Below, one piece after another: positions 27,503-40,174 of a DNA stretch of 64,000 nt; the first letter of the stretch is position 1; each line of letters starts with the position of its first letter. The stretch lies in contig NW_002060951.1 in the NCBI RefSeq assembly GCF_000150275.1, forward strand, positions 250,775 to 314,774, given 5' to 3'. The position numbers were made by a program, and so were the translations under genes. The notes beneath the pieces are model-generated. The model saw nothing but the letters and a program-made list of their open reading frames with translations, was not told where the DNA came from and did no database searches. Source of the DNA: Trichoplax adhaerens. Lineage: Eukaryota > Animalia > Placozoa.

Positions 27503-30500
27503 ATGTCGGCGCGATTCGGCTTTCATGGAGATCATCGACCCCAACGAATGGTTACACTTGGAGGTGTTAATAAGACTGTACGTAGAACATAAAGTGAAGT
27601 AAAACTATTATTCAACTTTGCAATATCTTTTCTATGCAGACGTTGACTTTGAGTTCATCCTAATCTCTGCATTTCTTTCGTGGAGTTTTTACTGAAGAGG
27701 GACGAAAATCGGTCTATTTGAATACCTTGTATAGTTTATGATCGATGTGTTCTTACAAAGCAATCAGTGCTTTGTAGAAAATAGCGATCGTAAGCTAAAC
27801 TAAATACAGTACAAAGATATGTAATTATCATGAGACCGATGCCAATACTGTCCTGCTATCATGGAGCTGCTATTCGCACTACTGTAATGGCTGCTACATC
27901 AAGCTCTATTCTATCACATACACTTCATTTTAAAACTGATTCTGACACCAAACTAATCAACCAATCTGTTGGACTTATTAAAATACTGATAAATATGGCT
28001 CATCCAATACAAAAGGCTGCAGCAGAATCGAGACAAAATCGGCCTACATTCAATACGATGCTGATTGCAATCAGACAAATCTCAATGTCTAATTACTGTA
28101 AATGCTATCTAAATTACCTAACTGTTATTCGTACTACTGATTGCTCGATCACATTTTATTCTGTCTCGTGGAGTTCATCTTAAACTAATTCTTACGCTGA
28201 ACTAGCCGACCAATCTACCATATTCATGCATGCAATATTGACAAATGTGGCCAATCCGAAAATGGAAAAGGATAGTACAGTAGCATGTGGAAATATACAG
28301 TAATCTTGATTTTACTTATAGCATGTCATAATTATTCTTATTTTTGATTTTGACAGTTACTGTATTAATTGCAATGATTACTTATGCATCCTAGTACAGT
28401 ATAGTACTACTTCTACCTGAGTATTCTACCTCTTATCTTGATTGGTACTGTATTTTTAGTTGAAGTACCAGCTATAGCTTGTAATATGAATTGATAGGAT
28501 ATGTTGATTGATTGTTAGCCAATAGATCGTCCATGTCGTTAAGCTAGACCTTGCGCAAGCTAATCTACAGTTTAAAAGTCACCACCAATGTACCGCAACG
28601 TTTATGTCTGCAATCGTTCATCGTAGCTATAAATCAAGTAATTAATGATACGCGTACGCGTATATAGTCTTGTAGCTCAGACTTTTCAGTCACCAAAAGA
28701 ATTTCTACTTTTAATGTGATATTCAACATCATTAAAGGTGTCAGTTATTGTTCCTGCATAACTATTTAAAACCTGCTAATCGTTCTGAATTGGATTCAAT
28801 TTAAAGAGTTAGGCTTGGTGTCTTTGCTATCAGATATTAATTATACTTTATCCTAATAACAGGTAGAAAGGAATTCGTTTCTTAACCGAACCCAGCAAGA
28901 AAGACGGAAGCGACTGGTATAATATTAATCTATTTGGTCTCTTCTTAATTATTTAATATAAACTACAGCAATCCCACTATGATATTAATAATTAACAGAT
29001 TACATATTAAAAATTGTTGGAGATGTTTTAATAATTGTTTAGAACCAGTATGCTTTATTCTAAATTACCAGGAACAACGTATGCGTAATGACCAGGCCAA
29101 AAAAATTCAGGCAACCTTTCGCGGTTATGTTGAAAAATTGCGACAGGTTTATAGATTTATTGCCAACTTATCTCGATACAAAATGTTGCCGACTATATTG
29201 TAGCTAAGCTTATTTGGAAATATTTTACCACTTTTGATCAAGTCTTGCATTCTAAATTTTCACAGCGTACTAAGTATAGGAAAATTTTCGATCAATATTT
29301 TGCGACTGAAAAATCGATTGACATGCTAAGTTCTAAAGATTTATTTACTTGTACACGATGGCTCTTATTTTATTACGATGCTAAGCAAGATGGTAATAGA
29401 TTGGTAAGATAACATAGTTAAAAATGATAGCAGTTTAAAATATTGTACTATGCAATGCAGAATGTACGTTTTGTAACTGACGCTACTAAGGTATTAAGGT
29501 GTCTTTTTATCCTTTGCAGCTTTCATTATGCAAATGCTACGTAAAACATAGATTGGAAATTTCCTCTATCCATCACATAAGAAAATTGATTTCTTTTTGC
29601 TGCATGTAATGATAATATCATTGATTTCAAACCTTTTATCATTGCATAGCACTTCTTTCGATACGTTGCTCGACGTTAATTCTAAAAACAAATTTTTTGT
29701 TCTTGGATTAGTTATATCAGCGACAATATTAATTCCAATGAAGGGATCACAATACCGTTACGAATGATAGAAATTTATACAAAAGCAAATACTTATGATA
29801 AATTTCAAGATATTACTCCAGTAGACTGCGTAAATATAGTCAACTCGTATGTAACTCAAAGAGGTGATTATTATAATGGGTTTAAGTATGTTTTTATATA
29901 AATAAATTCGTTCGTGCTTTAATGAATACTTACGAAATAATATTATAGGATTTTTCAAAGCTATGAGAGATTTATTTATACATCGAGTACCTGCAAGCAT
30001 TGACGAAAGCCCCAATCCGCCTACTCCAATGGCACAATCCCTCCTCAAATTATTACTTAATGTCATCATTGGAACGTCCGATACATCAGCAGTTTTGTTA
30101 CAGTTTTCTAAAATATTTCTATCTGGAACATTCTCACCTCAGATTACGCACTTCTTAGTACCTGCAATATGTGAAGTAGATAGTAGTTTCCCTTTATACC
30201 CTCTAATTGTATCGTTGGTAAAGAATGACCATCTAAAACAATCGAATCGACGGTTCACTTTAACCCCGCAGATTAATATCAGCGGTATAGAATTAGTAAT
30301 GGAGCCTACGCCTACACTAGTGTATAATCTATTACAAATTGGAAAATCTAGAAAGGGTAATTATGAATAGTAATTAATGAATCAAAAGATTTGTAAAGGT
30401 TGTTCAACTATTGATACGGCTCATACTGTAATGTTATAATGATTTATGATTTTAGTCAAAACAATGCCATTGGATGTTAAGTTGCGATACTTGCAGGCAA

Positions 30501-33500
30501 TCTATCTTAGTTTCCCTTGTTTACGCAAAGAATTAGGTTAGTATCCGTTTAATACTAAGATAAGTAAGCAATGCTATTCTTTATTGTAGTTTATTCTATT
30601 GTAGATATACTTTGTGTACATATATCCATATTGATGATTTATTAACTTAAAGTACTAATTGATTTAACATGTAAAGTTACTACTGAAGACGCTGAAAGTG
30701 ATGATGATGATGAAATATTTGATGTAAGAAATTCGCTGCTCAGCCTTTACGATCCGTTCAGTTGTTAACTCTTTTTTAATTTTAAATCTGCTCTTTTAGA
30801 ATTCGTCTGAAAATTTACAATTCATGAGACAGCTCTGCTTAGCCAAACTGGATGATAACTTACATGTAGAGCTACTTGTAGATATGGAAGCTATTAATAA
30901 TAAGTAAGACAGCGACAATGGAATTACTAAATAATTTTTACTTAATGTGTGATATATTAATTTAACACTCGAACTTAAAATTCTCTATGAAACAAAAATG
31001 ATTTTTAATAGGGATTTTAGAGTCAGAAGTCAGTTTGTACTATATGTATGTCTAATTTGCCATGCGGTCATTGCAAAATTGAAAGTTCCTTACTATAAAT
31101 TAAGGTAAAACTATCGATATTTTTGCTGTTTCCTTGCTCAGCCTATGACATGTAATTAATGTTGCAAATCTTTTTGCTAAATTGATGTAGCTTGTTGTCA
31201 AAACTATCTTTGCATAAGGAATTTTTACATTCTTTATGGAGAATAATATGTTCATTAACTGCGACAGCTTCCTTAAGGCATGTTTACTATTTAGTATTGA
31301 ATCTATTCTGGAATTACCTTTGCTGCAATTGTGTGATATTTCTTTCATTTGTCCGTAACTTGAATTATGATAACTACTATCTACTTTAATGAATTTAAAA
31401 CAATTGACTTTTTGGTAGCTCGCAATCGAAATCAGTCTTGCAATTATTAAGTGGTTCATCCCAATTGGTTCACGAAGCTGAAATAATGAATGTACTAATA
31501 CCCTTATTACACACCTTTTGCTGTTGCCTGTACTTGTCATTTTGTTCTTTACATGATACAAGCTTTCAACAAGGTAAAAATTTTTCTGGGTGTAGTTAAT
31601 TAGAGCTACCGATTGGTATATCCTGTTAAATGCTTATAAGTGAATAATTGACCCATTAAAATCTTCAGTTGTTGTTTCGTATGTTACGTAATTTTATAAA
31701 AATCTTACCTTAAGATCTTATTGGAATATTTTTAGATAGCGTCGATTTACCATTTGATTTAAATCAGATACGGGATCTATCGGCTAGGTTAAGAGATGCA
31801 GCTGTTGGTATAATTGGAGTCTGTCATTCTCGGCGAAGTAACCATCATTCTTCTTCAATGATTGCATTTAACAAAAGGCCTACGATAGAAGATAACAAAG
31901 CAAAACTAACACAACAATGGAGTTTTTACGAATGGCTAACTGTTTGCAGAAGTGTTACAAAACTGGTTAAACACCTATATGATCGAGATTCACGCCTATC
32001 ATTTTGCCAGCCGAACCATTGGTTGTCGCCATTAGCTAATATTCAGATTGACAACGTAAGATTATCTACTGAAATTTTTCACTTTGTACAGTTCACAACT
32101 TAAAAGGGTTAACCATTTATTTTTGGAAAACATAGCTGGACTTAGAGTACTTTTTTAAAGATGAAGGTATAGCCTATGTTTCATGCGTTATTATTAACTT
32201 AGTACCTGATTGAAACTGCAATAAACACGTATGTATAAACTCACTTTTCTAATTAGAAATGAGAGGGCGTCCAACTCAAGAAGTAGCGCTGGTACAAGAG
32301 CTGCCATTTGTCGTTTCCTTCCAAGATAGGATAAAGGTCAGCACATTATCTGTTTTATAATGGCGAATCATGTAATCTTTTAATATCATGCAATCATTGC
32401 TCCAAATCATTAAGTTCGATATATTCTAACCTCTCTGTTATAGATCTTACACTACCTTGATCGCTTAGATGCAGATGCTAACTCGACTGGTTTAGAACAA
32501 TTTATGATGGGCTCTCTAAGTGCTGTAGTAAAGCGTGGTAGAATGTATGAAGATGCATTTAATGCGCTAACGAAGGAGAAAGGTTAGTAATCATCTACTA
32601 TTATAGCGTAGCCACTTTTGCATTTCAGTGTTACTTATGTAATTTTAATTTTATTACTCATATGCGTATGTTGATAGCGCCAAATTTGAAGAAAAAGATT
32701 CGTGTTACAATTTTAAATGAACAAGGATTAGAAGAAGCGGGCATAGATGGTGGCGGGTTGTTTAGGTATTATTTTTGTTACGTTTTATCTGCTGTCAACT
32801 TTGTATTTATATTTATGTACTACGATTTAATCGCTTTTTGCTGCAGGGAATTTCTGACCGAGGTCTTAAAGGAAGGATTTAATCCAAACTATGGTCTTTT
32901 TAAGCTCACGCAAGATGGTTGTTTATATCCAAATTCAAATGTAAAGCTTCTTTTATCCGTTAATTAATTATAAATTAATTTTACAAACGCGAATTTAAGC
33001 GTACACCGGTATTGGTAGTGTTGTAGCAACGATATATCATGATTATAATTATTGATACTCTTTACAGGTACCGGTTATAATTTCAAACTTTCGCGATCAT
33101 TACTACTTCTTAGGTAGAATTCTTGGTAAAGTAAGTTAAACTTTGCAAATATCAATTTTGTAGGATTTAATGTAATGAGATTACATTCTTAACTTTTATG
33201 TTCGCTTATGAAGGCAATATTTGAAAAGCATCTTGTTGAGTTACCGTTAGCTGGATTCTTCTTAAGTAAAATCCTAAGTGATAATAGTGAAGTCGGTATC
33301 CATCATTTGGCTTCGCTAGATCCTGTGATGTACAAGTGTGTATAGCTTCTGGAACATTGTTGATGATATATTTTGTGTATTTAGTTTATTTTTGAAACTA
33401 AGAAATTTGTTTAATATGTTTTTATTAATTACATCACTATCACATACAGAAATTTGTTGTCATTAAAGAGCTATCAAGGGGATATAGCAGACCTGGAACT

Positions 33501-34720
33501 CAACTTTACAGTCGTTAATGAAAATCTTGGCGAAGCGGAGGTATGATAAATAATAATATAATAATGATTTCAAGAAACAATTTATTAAGTAAATTTTATA
33601 TCTTTTGCTTATTACGTTGCTATACAAGAATGGCAGTATGAGAAATGATTACATTACTTTTAAATTATTAATATAGGTCGTTGATTTAAAACCTGGTGGC
33701 CAAAATATTGCCGTTACACCAGAAAATCTAATTGAGTACATTCATAAACTAGCAGATTATAAATTGAATAAGGAGGTAAATACTTGTAAGGTATCATACA
33801 TACATAATACCATATATTCGTTGTATTTAGTCTTTTCTAAACGCTTTATATTGTGTGATTTTTAAGGTGTTGGTGTTGCATAAGAACAGTTTAAATTTAT
33901 TTTATTTAAATGCGATAGATACGTCGACAGTACTTAGCTTTTAGAGAAGGACTTGCTGATGTAATCAATATTGAATGGTTAAGACTCTTCAATCAGCACG
34001 AACTTCAGGCATGATTTTATTCTCTCTTTAAAGCGCGATGTGTAATTAATAAATCTAATGCGATATTATAATACATACAGGTCCTAATATCTGGCGCCGA
34101 AGTGCCGATAGATCTACAAGATTTAAGAGCTAATACAAACTATTCAGGTACCTAGCTAATTGTCTTCTTCGAAATAACTGATGCTTTGCTATTACTTCAC
34201 AATTATACGCTTATATGTAACTTCCTACTATGACTTGATGACTTGAATTGTTAATTATGAAATTATATACTGCAGGTGGCTATAGCGATAATGACGAATA
34301 TATTAATATGTTCTGGGATGTAGCCGAGGATTTTACAGACAAACAACGCAGAAAGTTATTAAAGTTTGTTACTAGCTGTTCAAGGCCTCCACTGCTAGGC
34401 TTTAAGGTACTCTTTATTAATTTAAGCGGCATCGAAAAGAGTCCTCAGTCGTACCATAAATTAAAAAATCATTTTCGTTCTGTTTCCGTTATTCTGATCA
34501 ATCAACGTGTTAATTACTTCTATTTGAAACATGTTTTATTTAGGAGTTGTTTCCGGCATTCTGCATTCACGGATCAGGCGAGAGCAATGATGAAACGCGA
34601 CTACCTTCGGCTAGCACCTGTATGAACTTGTTGAAATTACCAAGATTTCGCAGTCGGGATATTTTAAAAGAAAAGCTGACTTATGCTATAGAATCTAATT
34701 CTGGATTCGAATTAAGTTAA
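27503..34720 (+). CDS. UBE3C: HECT E3 ubiquitin ligase UBE3C
   Basis: N-terminus [21 protein letters not shown] / [12 protein letters not shown] / IQ motif KIQATFRGY. Middle region [30 protein letters not shown] domain [41 protein letters not shown], catalytic [14 protein letters not shown], ending GFELS* at 34720. Confidence 0.95.
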
Positions 34721-36006
34721 CTTTACTTATATCGGATAAATGAATGAAATAGCAGTTTATATTGCATCACAATAAAATTATACTATCTAGGATGTTAACA
34801 TGATCAATTTCTTGGTTGTAACTTATTGCCTTATTTTTAGCATCATAGTTTGAATTCAGATTCAGACGCGATTTAAAGTAATCTTTGATAATCATTTAAG
34901 TATGACATTTACATTGGAAATGTTGATTTATTGTAAAAAACAAATCGGTACCCAATTTTGTAAGACATTTTAAGCTCCTAACGTAATAAATCGCCATGAA
35001 GCAAATTTTACTCTATCACGATGTCGCTTGACTTCATTTCTAGTACAGACGATTGTGTTGTATGCATTTTAATTTATGTAAAACTATTATCTAAAATTAA
35101 TCCAGCAATATACCAGATACTAGATTGAGGTAAACTTCGAGTTAATCACTCGTAGTCATCACTCGGTGATGATACCTTTTGTTATACATTATCCAAAGGC
35201 ATTATTTTTACAATTTTAACATTTTCGGAGTCAAGTCTATTCTATTAAAATAGATAGTAACATAAATTACTTCCCTATCATTTTAATGGGCGTAATCATG
35301 CTACTTAATTCTACTGTATTTTGAGCGATATTTTCTATCGTAATGTCAAATGTAAAGTATACATTAAACACCGGCATGAGGTAAAATATTTACTCGTTAA
35401 TAAATGACAATCAGTATTCAATACTTCTGTTATTTAATTAGTAGTATCGATAAGTACCGTAGCTGTTTAAATTTAGATCATGCTTAGCATACGTATGGCC
35501 GAAGTTGTTTGTAAACAGTTTAACTAGAGATTTAGATAAAAATACTACTATGAAGTCCCAGCATTAATTAACAACTAATAGCAGCATCGATAAACTGCAA
35601 GCTGTGAACACAAAGAGTGAGCTCAAGATTATTAGTAGTTTTACACGAAATTTCTCATAGTTGCCAATGATTCTTACTAGTACCAGGTTAACCCGCCTTT
35701 TTATAGTAGAAAAATACTCCTACTTCCCCGGTAGCTTAGCTTGCTTGTAATCTTAATTATATGCATGCAAAGCAAAAACACATAGTATAGCAAGTCGCAA
35801 GAATGACAAATTGTAACAATCACTTTCTGTCTATAATTTTCGTTTATTGTTATTACAATTAAACAATTAACTATAAATATATAGATATAGATATATACAT
35901 ATGAATGTATCTCCAGATATTAGGGAAATGGTTTAAACCGCCTATAACGTAATTACATGTATATCTAATTCAGGTAATAACGCTTATTAGTACAGTAGAA
36001 GGTAGA

Positions 36007-38270
36007 TTAGGTAAATAAATTGCCCATTGGCTGAGGATTCTGTAGATAAGACATTACCACAGATGAAACAGATAACCTAGTGAGAAGAAAGCACATGGGT
36101 CTTCAGTAATGATATAAATGCAATAGAATCTGGAATATCTATGAGCATAGTAAGCTATTCAAGTTAGCAATCACATCGTAGATGTACAGATACGACCAGA
36201 ATCCTGCGCAACGTTTTTGATGTATTACCACATAGCAGTGTAAAATTAATTTGGTACACTAACGAAATATAATTATGCAGTATGTAGGGGGTAGGCCAGG
36301 CTAAGAAAGTACGCTTCGTATTAAGGGTTAGATGTCATATTGATATTGACTACTTGTACCTAGAGTGATTAAACGCTATTCTAGATCGTGTTTAGCATAT
36401 CAATATTGAAGGTAGAGTGGTAAAGATTAGATTATCATTGATCTATTTACAGGTAGTGTATAAGTGTTTGCATCTAACTCAAACAATATCATATACAATA
36501 TGATGCAGTGCAGATTATATTATGATTATACACACAGATGGGGGCCATTTCGCAAGCAAAAATTGCTTCATATTAACGGTATAACATTTTTTCGACTATT
36601 TTCACTTCACTGACACAAACAATAAAGCGATTTCTAGTATTAAAGAGGTTCGTAACGATAATATCGTTATTAATAAATAGCTTATACTTACAGGAAGCTA
36701 CTAAACAATTGTTTAGCATCATCTGACGCTCGAGCATTGGCAAAGCTTATGAAAGCACAGTAGATGGAAGCCCAGGCAGCCCATTTCATCTAATTGGTTT
36801 ATTAAAAGAAGAAAAAATGATACAATTACGGATAATACGAGTATTTTAAATCCAGTTCTACATTACACAGTAAATATCTGCGCAAGTTATCAATCAAATG
36901 AATTGAAATGGGTAGAACTACACCGCTATAAAAAGAAGGTATCTAGTATAGCATTGGGTAGAAAATTTGTGTATATTTCGTATCTTTGTCATCACATTAC
37001 AAGTTTATCACTGCTGTCTTATTGGATAGATCATTCTTTAACTTGGGAATCTGTAGTTTAGCCCCCAAAATAGATCACGTTTGTGTTACAGGTTAGATCG
37101 TAAGATTGTGCAAGATTTGATTGGTCACAGGAGAGATGGATGCTAAATGCGGATATTGTAATTTTTGATAAAAGAGCTGATTTCGGTCATACAGTGCGAA
37201 GTTGAAATAAGAAATAGGGAGTCTTGCTAAATGATTTTGAAGGCACTTTTATTACTCAAATGATAAGTTACTTTCAATCTGTATGTCTTGTACTATAATT
37301 TCTATTTGTGTTATGAATTATTGTTGAACATGGGTACAATTGATTATCTACCACTTGAATAGTACGGTAGACTATAATTATAAGTTATAATCAGTTCGTA
37401 TCTCCACTATTTGCATTATACTGTACAGTAAGTCGACCGCAAAGCCTATCTGAAACATTTGATAAAAGACAAACTACCCTAGTCTACAAGGTAAAGGAGC
37501 ATCTTGGAAGAATCTTTCCTTTTATTCTAATTCTATTACATCAAATTTATTACTACCTTGTATTGAACACGGATTGTCTACCTTCTAGTATTGACTGCTT
37601 GATATAATTACGTTTTTAATATTGCCAGAATTGTCAATTTTGTACGTTCTATCCGTATACAATAAGATATGAAAAGTTCTTGATTCAATACATGCAGTAG
37701 AACGGCACTACAGCCATCTCTGCAAGTATATTGTGTGTAAAGAGCGAATCAATAATTGACTGTACACCAAATTGAGAAAAGTTGTATGTTTCCTGTACTT
37801 TCTGAGCTAATTCTACCAATACAAGTATTGTACGAGTATACTGTCGAGCTAGCTGATAAAAGTATAGGCAACATTCGTTCTATGGTACATCAAAGAGAGA
37901 GATTCTACTTTAAAATTCAATCATGAAGTGCAATCTATAAATACAAGGATTCATTCTATTTCACAATACACTTGGTTAGTTTTTATTTTGCATGGTAAAA
38001 TACAGTAGTTATCGAGTAGAGTTGTCAATTGTAGTGGTAATTCTGATGGTAATGTGGTTGTCATGGCATGTGGGGTAGACTGGTGTGGTAAAATCTCATC
38101 CATTTCTATCATACCTTTAACATAAGGCCACACATACTAAAAATCATGCCCAATAAGTTCATATAATCAGGTAATGGATCTTCGAAAGGACTCATCGGAA
38201 CAGCCTTATAACGGTAGACTTTTGCTCCATCCGAAGTTGAAAGATTAGGGTTAGGATTTGCTGCGGCCAT
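36007..38270 (-). CDS. WDR83OS: PAT complex subunit Asterix (PAT10), 107 aa, 3 exons
   Basis: Exons 38270-38115 (..[27 protein letters not shown]), 36789-36692 ([32 protein letters not shown]), 36076-36007 ([22 protein letters not shown]). Total 324 nt, in frame. Confidence 0.96.
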
Positions 38271-38329
38271 GATGGAAGTTCTTCAGCCAGGAGCTTCTTG
38301 TCTTTTACCACTACGCGTGCCTTAGACTT

Positions 38330-38750
38330 GGTAGTACTAGTACAGTATGCCGAAATCCAGTACAATACTTGCAGTGTTCAGGTCTGGTTCAGGCCTGGTC
38401 CGGACCAGACCAGAACCAGACCATAAAGATTTGTAGTAGCGTACTGTACAGTATTGTACGTACAGTGTACGGTACAAGGTTTTCTTTTAGTACTGTAGTT
38501 CACCGTACTGTACACTGTACGACATCCATGTACGGACTACAATGTACAGTACAGCGTACTGTACATTGTATTGTACTGTACACTGTACGTTTCCAGTCTT
38601 GAAGTGTACAGACAGTACAGTACAGTACAGTAAAATGACCAGCAAAATTGTCGGCGCTGAAAATTTGTTATTGAAGATGAATGGTGGATGATCTTGCTCG
38701 CACCCTTTCCTTTTCTTTACTTTTAGCTCCATAGATGTACAGTACAGTCT
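38330..38750. promoter_or_regulatory. GTAC array cluster with a 42-bp GC-rich palindrome upstream of WDR83OS
   Basis: Array starts ~60 bp upstream of the ATG. It contains ggtctggttcaggcctggtcc|ggaccagaccagaaccagacc at 38381-38422. Confidence 0.65.
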
Positions 38751-39515
38751 AGTAAAGAAGAAAAATTGCTAATACACTACTGCAAGTAACTGCAACTGCT
38801 TGCAGTACTATCAATGGAGACTCCTGGTTATGGAATACTCTCATAGACATGAACACTTGTACAGTACACTGCATAGAAGATTCAATATATTAACTTAACT
38901 CAAAGTATAGTATACCTGTACTGTTTTTCCTTGCTGAAAGCGACAAAAACAGACAACCCCTGTTGATTACCAAGTACTGTCCTATTTACAGGTATGCTAG
39001 CAAAGAGATGGACGATCACTAAAATTTCACTAGCCGCCTACAGAGATAGAATATTTTCGAGGGAAAATGAACGATATGCCACTATATTTTCGATAATAGT
39101 TAACCGCCAGGGACTTGCAAGAGTAGAATTTCTCTTACAAGTCTGTGGTTGTAAACTGCACGGTGGACGTTTCCAGTCATTCCATTTCAATGAAACATAA
39201 CATAGTCCCTGAAAATACTGTACAGTAGTTTGCCTCTCTATTAATATAATTATTATTATTTTTATTGGCATTCAATAGCCATTGATAGCTATCGCCCTTC
39301 TCTTTCTTGGACAGTTTCGGTAGTCCCTTTGCCGTACTACGACTGCGTTACTTTGCAGTATGGTAATCAGGTAATGTAATGTCCAATGGTCTGTACCAGG
39401 TACGGCACCAATGTCATATTCTATTTTTATTCATTTGTTGACACCGGCAGATGAGTCGTGGACGTCAAGTGTGCTGTGAGTGAGTGTACAGTGTACAGTC
39501 AGTCATCATAGAGAG

Positions 39516-40174
39516 AGATATTCTTCTTCAATAGGGGATTTTGTAGTATCCTTAATGACTTTAATTTACTGGTAAAAGGTATAACTATCTCCATTTTTTC
39601 AATTCAAGTCTTTGAGGATACTGTCGATTTCTCTTGTTCTACTTTATATTGGCTTTAAAATTCACTAGTCCATTTTCAAATGCAAGTCATTTGACTCTCT
39701 ACTGTACTGTACAGTGTACAGTATATGGTAGCATAAGGGTTCGTTGTACTGTATAGTCTACTATTCCGTATCATGGCCATAACGTCATAACCTGCAGTCC
39801 TGTCAATACTGTACAGTGCACAGTGTACAGTACTGCGACGGTCCTCGTACTGTAAAAGATATTCTTCAATAGGGGATTTTGCAGTATCCTTAATTAATGA
39901 CTTTAATTTACTCGTAAAAGGTATAACTATCTCCATTTTTTCTATTCAAGTCATTGAGGATACTGTCGATTTCTCTTGTTCTACTTTATGTTGGCTTTAA
40001 CATTCACTAGTCCATTTTCAAATGCAAGTCATTTGACTCTCTACTGTATATGGTAGCATAAGGGTTCGTTGTATAGTCTACTATTCCGTATTATGGCCAT
40101 AACGTCATAACCTGCAGTCCTGTCAATACCGTACAATGCACAGTGTACAGTACTGCGACGGTCTTCGTACTGTA
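39516..40174. repeat. Tandem duplication of a ~320-340-bp unit
   Basis: Copy 1 is 39516-39854 and copy 2 is 39857-40174 (agatattcttc..aataggggatttt...gtactgcgacggtc(c/t)tcgtactgta). The copies are highly similar, with indels in the GTAC tracts. Confidence 0.95.

Noticed and set aside
39546-39894. GTATCCTT U12-type donor motifs
   Set aside because: They lie in the non-genic duplicated unit with no associated exon.
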